Of a stretch of 64,000 nucleotides of DNA, positions 27,209 through 35,598 are shown piece after piece. The notes below the pieces were generated by a model. The model saw nothing but the letters and a program-made list of their open reading frames with translations, did not search any database and had not been told where the DNA came from. The stretch's first letter is position 1. The number at the start of each line of letters is the position of its first letter. Made by a program: the position numbers and the translations under genes. This DNA comes from Dictyoglomus sp. GTDB taxonomy: Bacteria > Dictyoglomota > Dictyoglomia > Dictyoglomales > Dictyoglomaceae. The DNA lies in NCBI GenBank assembly GCA_025060475.1, contig JANXBZ010000009.1:31406-95405 (forward strand), in the 5' to 3' direction.

Positions 27209-27886
27209 ATGCATATACCTGATGGATATTTGGGACCTCAGACCTACGGAAGCTTGTTTGTAGTAATGACTCCTTTTTGGATAAAAGCTTACAATTATAT
27301 CAAGAAAAATCTTAGAATAAAACAAATTCCACTTATAGCTCTTGGTGCCGCCTTTTCTTTTGTAATTATGATGTTTAATATACCTATACCTGGAGGAACC
27401 ACAGGGCATGCAGTAGGGGGCGTATTACTCTCTATTCTTTTAGGTCCATGGACGACTTCTATTATAATATCCATTGTTTTAATAATTCAGGCACTAATAT
27501 TTGGCGATGGTGGAATAACAGCTATTGCTGCAAATTGCTTCAACTTAGGGATAATTATGCCTTTTGCAGGATATTTTGTTTATAATATTTTAAAGGGTAA
27601 AGAACCATTAAACTCTAAAAAAGGATTAATTTCTGCGGGAATAGGAGCGTATGTAGGATTGAATATGGCAGCTTTAGCAACAGCTTTTATGCTTGGAATT
27701 CAGCCATATATTTCAAAGGCAAGTGATGGAAAGCCTCTTTATTGCCCCTATCCCTTACATGTTACAATACCTGCTATGATGATAGAACATCTTTTTCTTT
27801 TTGGTTTTATAGAAGCTATCATTACTGTTCTTGTTTTAAGTTATCTTATAAAAACAAATATGATAAAGGAGTGGGAAAATGTATAA
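27209..27886 (+). CDS. cbiM: ECF-type Co/Ni transporter substrate-capture component CbiM
   Basis: Begins MHIPDGYL, the hallmark CbiM/NikM N-terminus. AAAGGAGG RBS 8 nt upstream. The track start at 27158 is a spurious extension. Confidence 0.9.
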   Translation: MHIPDGYLGPQTYGSLFVVMTPFWIKAYNYIKKNLRIKQIPLIALGAAFSFVIMMFNIPIPGGTTGHAVGGVLLSILLGPWTTSIIISIVLIIQALIFGDGGITAIAANCFNLGIIMPFAGYFVYNILKGKEPLNSKKGLISAGIGAYVGLNMAALATAFMLGIQPYISKASDGKPLYCPYPLHVTIPAMMIEHLFLFGFIEAIITVLVLSYLIKTNMIKEWENV

Positions 27887-28202
27887 ATTATGGAAAGGCA
27901 TAATAATATTAGTGATATTATCTCCTTTGGGAATAATTCTTCCATATCTATTTAATGCTGGTGCTGCATGGGGAGAATGGAGTTCGGAGGAGATTAAAGA
28001 ATTTATTGGCTATGTACCTGAAGGTCTTGAAAAATTAGAAAAATTAGGAAAACCATTGTTTCCAGATTATAATTTAAAAATTTGGGAAGAGGCGGGTTTA
28101 TTGGAACAATCCCTAGGATATATAATTACTGGACTAATAGGTGTAGGTATAGTAGTATTAGTAACGTACTTATTGGGAAAGATTGCAGTAAAGAATAAAT
28201 AA
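27879..28202 (+). CDS. PDGLE-domain membrane protein (CbiN-like accessory component)
   Basis: Two TM helices flank a loop with YVPEGLEKLEK (PDGLE-type motif). It occupies the cbiN position and overlaps cbiM by 8 nt. Confidence 0.65.
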   Translation: MYKLWKGIIILVILSPLGIILPYLFNAGAAWGEWSSEEIKEFIGYVPEGLEKLEKLGKPLFPDYNLKIWEEAGLLEQSLGYIITGLIGVGIVVLVTYLLGKIAVKNK

Positions 28203-28203
28203 A

Positions 28204-28998
28204 ATGGGTAACTTTATAGACAAGACCTTAGATGAGTTTAATAAAGTATTAAAGTCTTTTCTTCTTTTTGAAGAAAAAAAAGAATCCTTTTTATGTAGTA
28301 TAAATGAAAGGATAAAAATTGTCATTCTTCTTTTTATTCTTATAATTATTAGTCTTTTGCAAAGGATTGAATTAATCATAGCTTTTTATTTATTAAGTAT
28401 AATTATAGGATATTTAGGAAAAATTGGGGTAAGAAACTTATTAAGAACCACATGGATATTTATTCCTATCTTTACACTTATTATTGCCCTTCCCACAGCT
28501 TTTATTAATCCTCTGAATTTTTCCTTTGGTTTTACAAGGGAAGGGCTATTAAATGCTTTAAGGTTTGTACTAAGAGTTGCCACATCTATTTCTTATATAA
28601 GACTTTTAATTCTTTCTACTTCATGGATAAAAATCTTATCAGGATTAAGAGGGATTGGTATTCCATCTCTTATCATAACAATAATTGCTATAACCTACAG
28701 ATATATATTTCTTCTCTTAAAAATAGGAGAGGATTTATATTTTGCTAAAAAAAGTAGAACAATAAAAATAAATCTAAAAAGGGAGCATAGTTTTACGGCA
28801 AATAGCATTGGCATTATGGCAATAAAAAGTCATGAACTTTCTAAGGAAGTTTATCAAGGTATGCTTTCTCGGGGTATAACAAAGGATTTTTCCTTTTCCT
28901 TTGAAAGTAAAATTTCCATGAGAGATATTGTTATTTTAATTTCTGTAATATTTATTATATTGATTCTTTTTTTGATTTTCGAAGGAATAAAAATATGA
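28204..28998 (+). CDS. cbiQ: ECF transporter transmembrane (T) component CbiQ
   Basis: Polytopic 264-aa protein with an Ala-Arg-Gly-like coupling region (SGLRGIGIP / MLSRGI). Operon position between cbiN-like and cbiO. Confidence 0.75.
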   Translation: MGNFIDKTLDEFNKVLKSFLLFEEKKESFLCSINERIKIVILLFILIIISLLQRIELIIAFYLLSIIIGYLGKIGVRNLLRTTWIFIPIFTLIIALPTAFINPLNFSFGFTREGLLNALRFVLRVATSISYIRLLILSTSWIKILSGLRGIGIPSLIITIIAITYRYIFLLLKIGEDLYFAKKSRTIKINLKREHSFTANSIGIMAIKSHELSKEVYQGMLSRGITKDFSFSFESKISMRDIVILISVIFIILILFLIFEGIKI

Positions 28999-29738
28999 AA
29001 GAAGAATTAATTTTTAAATTGGAAAATGTTAGTTATTATTATCTTGATCATAAAGTTGCCCTTTCTTCTATAAGTCTAGAAATTTATAAGGGTGAAAAAA
29101 TATGTATACTTGGTCCCAATGGTTCTGGAAAGTCTACTCTATTAAAAATTCTTGATGGACTTCTATACCCTAAAGAAGGAAATTTTTTTGCTTTTTCTCA
29201 AAGAATAACTGAAAAAACTTTTAATAATCATGATTTCAATAAATTTTTCAGAAAAAATGTAGTACTTCTGTTCCAGAATGTAGATGCTCAACTTTTTTCT
29301 CCCAGAGTAGAAGATGAAATAGCTCTTAGCTTAATTCAACTCGGATATAAAAAAGAGGAAATAGAAGAAAAGATAAGAAAAATATCTGAATTCTTTAGAA
29401 TAACTCATCTTTTAGATAGAGCTCCCTTTCAACTTAGCGAGGGAGAAAAGAAAAAAGTAGCTCTTGCGTCTTTGCTTGTGATAGAACCTTCAGTAATTCT
29501 TCTTGATGAACCTACTAATGAACTTGATCCAAGAAGTAAGAGAGAACTTATTAAATACGTAAAAGAATTGCAGTCTGAGAACAAAACAACAATAATAGCT
29601 ACTCACGATTTAAATATAATATCTGAATTGGCAGAAAAAGTTTATATTCTTGGAGAAGATAAAAGAATAAAAAGATATGGAAAAGTAGAGGAAATATTGT
29701 GGGACAAGAAATTTTTAGAGGAAGTTAATTTGATATAA
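28995..29738 (+). CDS. cbiO: ECF transporter ATPase CbiO
   Basis: Walker A GPNGSGKST, signature LSEGEKKK, Walker B ILLDEPTNELD. 4-nt overlap with cbiQ. Confidence 0.9.
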   Translation: MKEELIFKLENVSYYYLDHKVALSSISLEIYKGEKICILGPNGSGKSTLLKILDGLLYPKEGNFFAFSQRITEKTFNNHDFNKFFRKNVVLLFQNVDAQLFSPRVEDEIALSLIQLGYKKEEIEEKIRKISEFFRITHLLDRAPFQLSEGEKKKVALASLLVIEPSVILLDEPTNELDPRSKRELIKYVKELQSENKTTIIATHDLNIISELAEKVYILGEDKRIKRYGKVEEILWDKKFLEEVNLI

Positions 29739-29747
29739 AAAGTACAA

Positions 29748-30374
29748 CTAATCCAATTCACACTCACAATATTCTTTAGATGCTTTTTCAAAAGATTCTT
29801 TACCTTCCTTAAAAGAAAAATAAGAAATTCCTAATGCTCCTATAGAATCTATATAACTTATTTTTAAAGATTCATAAAGTAAACTGGAAAGAAGGAGTAT
29901 AAAAGACAAATATAAACAGGTTTTTGTGCAATAGGCATCAGCAATTATAGCGTCAGAGTTAAGTTTCTTGCCCACATATAACTTTAATTTTATAAGTATA
30001 TACATGACTATTATAGAAATTATCGATATAATAATCCCCCAAAAAGTAGTTTCAGGTTTATTTCCAATCACTAAATTTACAAAAACTGATAAAGTTAATC
30101 CTATAGAGAGGATATAAAAAGATGTTCCTGTAGTTTTTAAAGCAACTTTCTCAAAATTAAAATTTCTCTCTTTATTTCTTAAAGTTCTAATTATCATGTA
30201 AAAAATTCCAAGGCCAGACAAGACTTCAATGAAAGAATCAATTCCGAAGCCAAAAAGAGCTAGCGTCTCATCTTTGGCTCCAAAATATACTGAGAAAAGA
30301 CCTTCTAGGATATTATAAAAAATAGTAAATAAAGATAGAACTAAAGCAAATTTCCATAATTCTTTATCTTTCAT
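29748..30374 (-). CDS. Cation-diffusion-facilitator-like membrane protein (TM domain only)
   Basis: Six TM helices with FGFGIDSFIEV (TM2) and IADAYCTKTC (TM5), resembling CDF metal-site helices. At 208 aa it lacks the usual cytoplasmic C-terminal domain and ends in a Cys/Glu-rich tail, EYCECELD. Confidence 0.55.
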   Translation of the reverse strand: MKDKELWKFALVLSLFTIFYNILEGLFSVYFGAKDETLALFGFGIDSFIEVLSGLGIFYMIIRTLRNKERNFNFEKVALKTTGTSFYILSIGLTLSVFVNLVIGNKPETTFWGIIISIISIIVMYILIKLKLYVGKKLNSDAIIADAYCTKTCLYLSFILLLSSLLYESLKISYIDSIGALGISYFSFKEGKESFEKASKEYCECELD

Positions 30375-30420
30375 ATTTTATTCCCTCATTTAATCAATAC
30401 TATTTTCTAATAATTTCTAA

Positions 30421-30963
30421 TTAGGGTTTGCAATTACTACAAGAAGTAAAGCTCTTTTCTATCGCTTCTTCCCGAGAAGGTAATAATATTTGATTCACAG
30501 GAGAAGGAAGGGTCCAGCACCATGGATAATGAAAAATTTTGGTTATTTTATTTCCTATATAGAATCTAGGAGGGTAATACCATAGAGTATAAGTTTTTTG
30601 GCTTGCTTCGTAGTATAAGATATTTGCGTTATTAAAATTATTGTTTTGCATAGCATTTCTAAAATTACTTAAACTTATGGCAAGGGTATAACTTTTTCCA
30701 TTATAGGAACATTTAGGAATTTCAGAAAAATAGTTAGAATCATTTAAAATATTTGTGAATTCTTGAGGGGTTGGATATCTTCCATTTTTAAGCGCAAAAT
30801 ATTCTATTCTCTTTGTAAAGATATCTATATTACTATGTTGAGAATTTTTTTTGGCTTCTTCTAGGGATCTCCAGTAAATTGGAATAGTAATTGTTATAAT
30901 TATTCCTGTTATTAATATAAAAATTAATAATTCTGTTAATGTAAAACCTTTTTTATTTTTCAT
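30421..30963 (-). CDS. Type IV pilin-like (prepilin N-terminus) protein with a C-terminal H-x3-C...C-x2-C Zn-ribbon-like tail
   Basis: KKGFTLTELLIFILITGIII is the class III signal/N-methylation motif. The tail FHYPWCWTLPSPVNQILLPSREEAIEKSFTSCSNCKP resembles the Ada-type (sunset) metal-binding domain as I recall it. Confidence 0.65.
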   Translation of the reverse strand: MKNKKGFTLTELLIFILITGIIITITIPIYWRSLEEAKKNSQHSNIDIFTKRIEYFALKNGRYPTPQEFTNILNDSNYFSEIPKCSYNGKSYTLAISLSNFRNAMQNNNFNNANILYYEASQKTYTLWYYPPRFYIGNKITKIFHYPWCWTLPSPVNQILLPSREEAIEKSFTSCSNCKP

Positions 30964-30974
30964 TTTTTTAAATA

Positions 30975-31583
30975 CTACTTAATGGGATTAAAGTTAATAG
31001 TTGATCCTACAATAATTTTACTATCATCAAGGGTTATTATGGGTATACTTTCAATTTTGATTTTTTTCTTGCTTCCATCGGGCATGCTTACTTCAGATAT
31101 AGATTCAAAGGGTTTTGGACCTGGAAAAGTGAAGGAGATTTGATAAAATTTGGAAATATCAACTTCTCCTACTGTAATTTTATTTCCTAATATATTAAAG
31201 CTTATTTCAAAAGCTACCTTTTCTACCTTTACATATATTTTATTGTCCTCAGGACTGTATTTTATTGAAACATCTCCATAAGCAGGAGTTGAATAACTAA
31301 TAGGAGGAAGTTTTAATGAGATTAAGATATCAGCTTGAAATCTTGCCCTATCTTTACTAATGATAATTTTAGGATTCTTAACTATCCAATTGTAGTCTCC
31401 TTTTATTCCTGATATATTAAAAGATCCACTGTTTTTAATTTCTCCTATTGCTAATAAAAATTTATTTAAAGTTTCTTGACTTATCACAATACTTGCATCA
31501 GGTTCTCGATAAGTACTAAGGCTTATTGTATTTAAAAAAAAGAAAAAGATTACAAAAAAGAATATTTTCTTATAATCTTTCAT
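30975..31583 (-). CDS. Secreted hypothetical protein
   Basis: N-terminal signal-like helix IFFFVIFFFFLNTISLS. No recognisable motif. Directly upstream of the pilin-like gene (11-nt gap). Confidence 0.5.
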   Translation of the reverse strand: MKDYKKIFFFVIFFFFLNTISLSTYREPDASIVISQETLNKFLLAIGEIKNSGSFNISGIKGDYNWIVKNPKIIISKDRARFQADILISLKLPPISYSTPAYGDVSIKYSPEDNKIYVKVEKVAFEISFNILGNKITVGEVDISKFYQISFTFPGPKPFESISEVSMPDGSKKKIKIESIPIITLDDSKIIVGSTINFNPIK

Positions 31584-31669
31584 TATTTCACCTCATTTAA
31601 TTTTTTAAAAAATTATAACATATCTTGAAAATTAACAAAAATATTTTAAAGTTATTATCACAGCTTTCA

Positions 31670-31825
31670 TTATGCAAAAAGATATTGTTTCAAACTATCA
31701 AGTTTTGAAGAAGACGCTGATCTTATTTGAGCTACGAAGCTTTTAAAGTTTTTTATACTGTTATAGGCTTCTTGTACTGTTAATATTGATTGTGAAACTG
31801 CCTTATTTGGGGTAAGTTTTCTCAT
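31670..31825 (-). CDS. Small ORF (51 aa) not in the ORF track, with its SD inside a hairpin
   Basis: My translation: MRKLTPNKAVSQSILTVQEAYNSIKNFKSFVAQIRSASSSKLDSLKQYLFA*. AAGGAGG lies 8 nt upstream of the ATG. No homology recognised; predicted helical and non-hydrophobic. Confidence 0.35.
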   Translation of the reverse strand: MRKLTPNKAVSQSILTVQEAYNSIKNFKSFVAQIRSASSSKLDSLKQYLFA

Positions 31826-31830
31826 GGAAG

Positions 31831-31860
31831 AACCTCCTTATAGTTAATTATAAGGAGGTT
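31831..31860 (-). promoter_or_regulatory. Perfect 12-bp hairpin that pairs the Shine-Dalgarno of the small ORF with an anti-SD
   Basis: AACCTCCTTATA-GTTAAT-TATAAGGAGGTT. On the minus-strand RNA, CCUCCUU pairs with AAGGAGG immediately 5' of AUG 31825. Confidence 0.5.
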
Positions 31861-31884
31861 TAAAAATGTGATTTACATCACACT
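31861..31884 (-). terminator. Rho-independent terminator after pmbA
   Basis: Stem TGTGAT/ATCACA (plus a G-U closing pair on the minus RNA), loop TTAC, flanked by A5 and T5 runs, so it is bidirectional. 16 nt after the pmbA stop. Confidence 0.5.
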
Positions 31885-31899
31885 TTTTAAAAATTCGTA

Positions 31900-33207
31900 T
31901 TATTCTTTTACTGCAAAACTAACATTCTCAAAAAGAATCGAGGGAAAGGTTCCCATATAGGCTGGATAAACTTGATTTTCTATTCCTATAACATTTTTCA
32001 TTACCTCATAGATATTTCCAGCTACCATAGCATCCTTTACATGACCTACAATTTCTCCATTTTCTACATATAAACCAGGAGAAAGCCCCACAGAAAAATC
32101 TCCATTGGGAATATTCCCGCTATGGGCTCCCAAGACATCTGCAACAATTATTCCTCTATCCATAAGTTTTATCAAATCTTCCAAGGATTTATCGCCAGGC
32201 TTTACAAAAAGATGTTCTAAAGAAGGAGAGGGTGTTGCTCTTACTATATCTCTTTCCCAGGTTTTATATCCATGACCTGTAGAATTTACATTCATTTTTC
32301 CTGCATAATAAAGATCATAGTAAAAGTTTTTTAAAACTCCATTTTCTACAAGGGGAAAATATCTACAAGGAACACCTTCATCATCAAAGCTTCTTGCATC
32401 GGGGAAATTGTCATTTAAAGGATCATCATATATAGTAATTGAGGAATCGAAAATCTTTTCTCCTATTTTATTTATTAGAGGGGATGTTTTTTGATATATA
32501 TATTTTCCATTGGTCGCATATATAAATCTCCAGATTAAAACATAAAGAGAATTTGAAAGGAAAAGGGTTTTAATCTTTCCACCTTTTGTTTTTACTTCCT
32601 TTTTAGAGCTATTAAATAGATTTATAATATAATTAAAATCTTCCTTAGAAAATTCTCTAAACTTCTTATCTACTATGACTTTATAAACTGCTGAATAAGA
32701 TCCAGGATACATTGCACTTGCAAAACATTGATATTTAGAGATTTTTGTGGAAAGATTTGTCCCAGTACTATTCATCAATCTTATATTAACGATATTCTTA
32801 ACTGCACTAACATTTACTTGGGTTTTTGTAGCTTCTGATAAAATCTCAGAAATTCTTTTGCACTCTTCAACTAACTTGGAATTATTTAAATTTTCTATTT
32901 CAGGATCATAAGTATTAAGATTTATAATATCTTTGGAATATGGAAAACTGAATTTTGCCTCTACTTCTCCCTTTAATGAATCTAAGGCATTTTTAACTAG
33001 ATCTTCAGGATCTATAAGATTTTTTGTATATGCAAAACCTAACTTTCCTTCTTTTATTATTCTTAAACTAATTCCTGATTGGATTGTACTATCAATTTCC
33101 TTCAATATTCCATTCTCGAAGGAAACTCCGTCCGCAGTATAATCTACTTCATAAATTTCCACTTCATCACAGTATTTTCTTGCGATTTCCATTAATTTTT
33201 CTATCAT
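31900..33207 (-). CDS. pmbA: PmbA/TldE metalloprotease-family protein
   Basis: 435 aa. PmbA_TldD family pattern without HExxH, paired with tldD (1-nt overlap). C-terminal ...GNIPNGDFSVG...GEIVGHVKD is typical of the family. Confidence 0.85.
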   Translation of the reverse strand: MIEKLMEIARKYCDEVEIYEVDYTADGVSFENGILKEIDSTIQSGISLRIIKEGKLGFAYTKNLIDPEDLVKNALDSLKGEVEAKFSFPYSKDIINLNTYDPEIENLNNSKLVEECKRISEILSEATKTQVNVSAVKNIVNIRLMNSTGTNLSTKISKYQCFASAMYPGSYSAVYKVIVDKKFREFSKEDFNYIINLFNSSKKEVKTKGGKIKTLFLSNSLYVLIWRFIYATNGKYIYQKTSPLINKIGEKIFDSSITIYDDPLNDNFPDARSFDDEGVPCRYFPLVENGVLKNFYYDLYYAGKMNVNSTGHGYKTWERDIVRATPSPSLEHLFVKPGDKSLEDLIKLMDRGIIVADVLGAHSGNIPNGDFSVGLSPGLYVENGEIVGHVKDAMVAGNIYEVMKNVIGIENQVYPAYMGTFPSILFENVSFAVKE

Positions 33208-34568
33208 TACACACCTCCTACAACCACATTCTTAATAAGAATATGGGGACCACCATAGGAGGAACGAATATTAAGCTGTCCCTTTCCACATCCTCCTACC
33301 TCTCCTAAAACAAAATCATTTCCAATGCCATAGATATCTTTTAAAGTTTGATAAAGATTTCCAGAGATATTTATATCCCTTAGAAGTTTTCCAATTTTCC
33401 CATTTTTAACCTCATAGGCATACTGGGCTCCAAAGGTAAAATTCTCTCCTGCTGTTTGTCCACCTTTTGAATCCAAAATGTAAAGACCATCTCCTAATTT
33501 TTCTAAAAGTTCTTCAAAGGTTGAGTTTCCAGGTTCTATAAATATATTCCCCATTCTAATAATGGGAGGATATCTGTAATCTTCTGCTACACAATGACCT
33601 GTAAGGGATTCTCCAAACTCCTCTGCCGTTCTTCTTGAATGGAGTCTTCCTACGAGAACACCATTTTTAAGAAGATAGGTTCTTCTTGCTCTTACCCCTT
33701 CATCATCATATTTATAAAATCCTAATTGATTAGGCATTGTGGGGTCATCTATTATTGTCAAAATTTCATTACCAAGCTGGGCTCCTATCTTCATCCTTTC
33801 CCTCATAGAGGGAACATCCTCAATCAAATCTGCCTCAGAGAAATGTCCAAAGGCTTCATGGGTAAAGACCCCAGTAAGATTAGGGTTAAGTATCACATTA
33901 TAAACTCCGCCTTTTACTGGTTCTGCCTTTAAAAGATCCAATACAAGTTTTGTCTTTTTTTCAAATTCTTCTTCCCTATTTCTTAATTTATAAAAGCCAT
34001 CACTTCCCCCAATTCCAACTCTTACATTTTGAACCACATTCCCTTCATAACTTATGATGCTTCCATATATATTTGTAGTAATTAAATCTTCTCTTATCTC
34101 TGTTCCTTCAGAGTTAATAAAGTATTTTTCCCTAATAACTTCTGTATATTGGATATTAGTAGTTACATTTTCATGTTTTAGAGGAATATTGTTATAATTC
34201 TTAACAATTTCTAGTTTCTCTTCTATAGAAATATTCCTTGGGTCTTCTCTCAAAGGTGGAATAAAAGTATCTTTTATAACTTCTGCTTTTGCAAATCTTA
34301 CTGGTTTTTTAGTGCTTTTTGCCATGAGATTAACATTTTCTAATACTGTTTTAATAGCTTTTTCTGCATCTTCCTTTTTTGTAAAGGAAATAGAGGAAAA
34401 ACCACCATTTTTTAAAACTCTTAATACAAAGCCATCTCCTGTGTTTGTACCGATCTGGTAAATCTCTCTTCCGTTTAATATAATCTTTGTTTCTCTCATG
34501 ATTTCATATCTTAAGTCTACATAATCTGCATCTATTTTGGAAATTATATTTTTAAGAATATCAAACAT
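33207..34568 (-). CDS. tldD: TldD metalloprotease
   Basis: HEAFGH zinc motif (VFTHEAFGHFSEAD) and C-terminal GGCGKGQ motif. Confidence 0.9.
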   Translation of the reverse strand: MFDILKNIISKIDADYVDLRYEIMRETKIILNGREIYQIGTNTGDGFVLRVLKNGGFSSISFTKKEDAEKAIKTVLENVNLMAKSTKKPVRFAKAEVIKDTFIPPLREDPRNISIEEKLEIVKNYNNIPLKHENVTTNIQYTEVIREKYFINSEGTEIREDLITTNIYGSIISYEGNVVQNVRVGIGGSDGFYKLRNREEEFEKKTKLVLDLLKAEPVKGGVYNVILNPNLTGVFTHEAFGHFSEADLIEDVPSMRERMKIGAQLGNEILTIIDDPTMPNQLGFYKYDDEGVRARRTYLLKNGVLVGRLHSRRTAEEFGESLTGHCVAEDYRYPPIIRMGNIFIEPGNSTFEELLEKLGDGLYILDSKGGQTAGENFTFGAQYAYEVKNGKIGKLLRDINISGNLYQTLKDIYGIGNDFVLGEVGGCGKGQLNIRSSYGGPHILIKNVVVGGV

Positions 34569-34683
34569 ATTTAAACCTCCGTATTTATATTTCCTTATGT
34601 TTTAACTTTACATAAAAATTTTTATTATTTCAATATAAAAATCTATGCTAAAATATTTTAAATGATATTATGAGGAGGATGCC

Positions 34684-35166
34684 ATGCAGGGAATAAAAGA
34701 GGAAATTTTAGGAAAAACTTCTCCTCTTTTTGTGCTTAAGGATCAATTGGGAGAGGATTTTGATCTTTCAAAATATAAAGGGAAAAAGGTTCTTTTATCC
34801 TTTCATCCTTTAGCTTGGACCTCTATCTGTGGAAAACAGATGCTCTCTTTGGAAGAGAACTATCAAAGATTCTTGGATTTGAATACGATACCTGTGGGAT
34901 TAAGTGTAGATCCTGTACCCTCTAAAAAAGCATGGGCAGAAAGTTTAGGACTTAAAAATTTAAAGATTCTTTCAGATTTCTGGCCCCATGGAGAAGTAGC
35001 TAAAAAGTATGATATTTTTAGGGAAAAGGAAGGATTTTCTGAAAGAGCTAATATAATTATAGATGAGGAAGGAAAGATAATATTCTTTAAGGTTTATCCT
35101 ATAAGAGAACTTCCTGATATAGAAGAGATAATAAAATTCTTAGAGGAAAGGAAGTCTAACGTGTAA
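34684..35166 (+). CDS. Peroxiredoxin (AhpC/TSA-Bcp-like)
   Basis: Thioredoxin fold with FHPLAWTSICGKQ (T-x-x-C peroxidatic Cys motif). GGAGG RBS. Confidence 0.75.
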   Translation: MQGIKEEILGKTSPLFVLKDQLGEDFDLSKYKGKKVLLSFHPLAWTSICGKQMLSLEENYQRFLDLNTIPVGLSVDPVPSKKAWAESLGLKNLKILSDFWPHGEVAKKYDIFREKEGFSERANIIIDEEGKIIFFKVYPIRELPDIEEIIKFLEERKSNV

Positions 35167-35596
35167 AAAATTCTATTCCTTCCTCTTTATTCTCAATAAA
35201 GTATTCTTCAAGCCATTTTTTTATCTCATCTCTAACTTTTCTAAATATTTCCAATTTTTCCTCATAGGACCCTTCAAAGCTTGAAGGATCCATAAATCCT
35301 TTATGTATATATTTTTTCCCTCCTGGAAAGAATGGACATTTTTCCTTTGCACTATCACAAACAGTAACTACATAATCAAAGCTTTCTCCCCTGAATTCTT
35401 CTATGCTTTTACTTCTATGATGGGAGATATCTATTCCTATTTCCTTCATTACCTCAATTGCTAAGGGATTCACCCCTTTTGGATCTGTTCCTGCAGAAAA
35501 AGCTAAAAATTTATCTTTATACAAAGCATTCATTAGGCCTTCTGCCATTTGAGATCTTGCAGAATTATGGGTGCATATAAAAAGAACCTTTTTCAT
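35156..35596 (-). CDS. arsC: Arsenate reductase, LMW-PTP/thioredoxin-coupled type
   Basis: P-loop ICTHNSARSQMAEG (CX5R-S) plus downstream Cys pair VCDSAKEKCP. Confidence 0.8.
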   Translation of the reverse strand: MKKVLFICTHNSARSQMAEGLMNALYKDKFLAFSAGTDPKGVNPLAIEVMKEIGIDISHHRSKSIEEFRGESFDYVVTVCDSAKEKCPFFPGGKKYIHKGFMDPSSFEGSYEEKLEIFRKVRDEIKKWLEEYFIENKEEGIEFFTR

Positions 35597-35598
35597 AT

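Noticed and set aside
27128-27409. 93-aa minus-strand ORF overlapping the cbiM start region.
   Set aside because: It overlaps the strongly supported cbiM gene and its promoter. Its composition is basic and low-complexity, with no RBS.
35156-35166. 11-nt convergent overlap of the peroxiredoxin and arsC 3' ends as a regulatory antisense arrangement.
   Set aside because: Short convergent stop-region overlaps are common in compact genomes. There is no structure or conservation evidence visible here.
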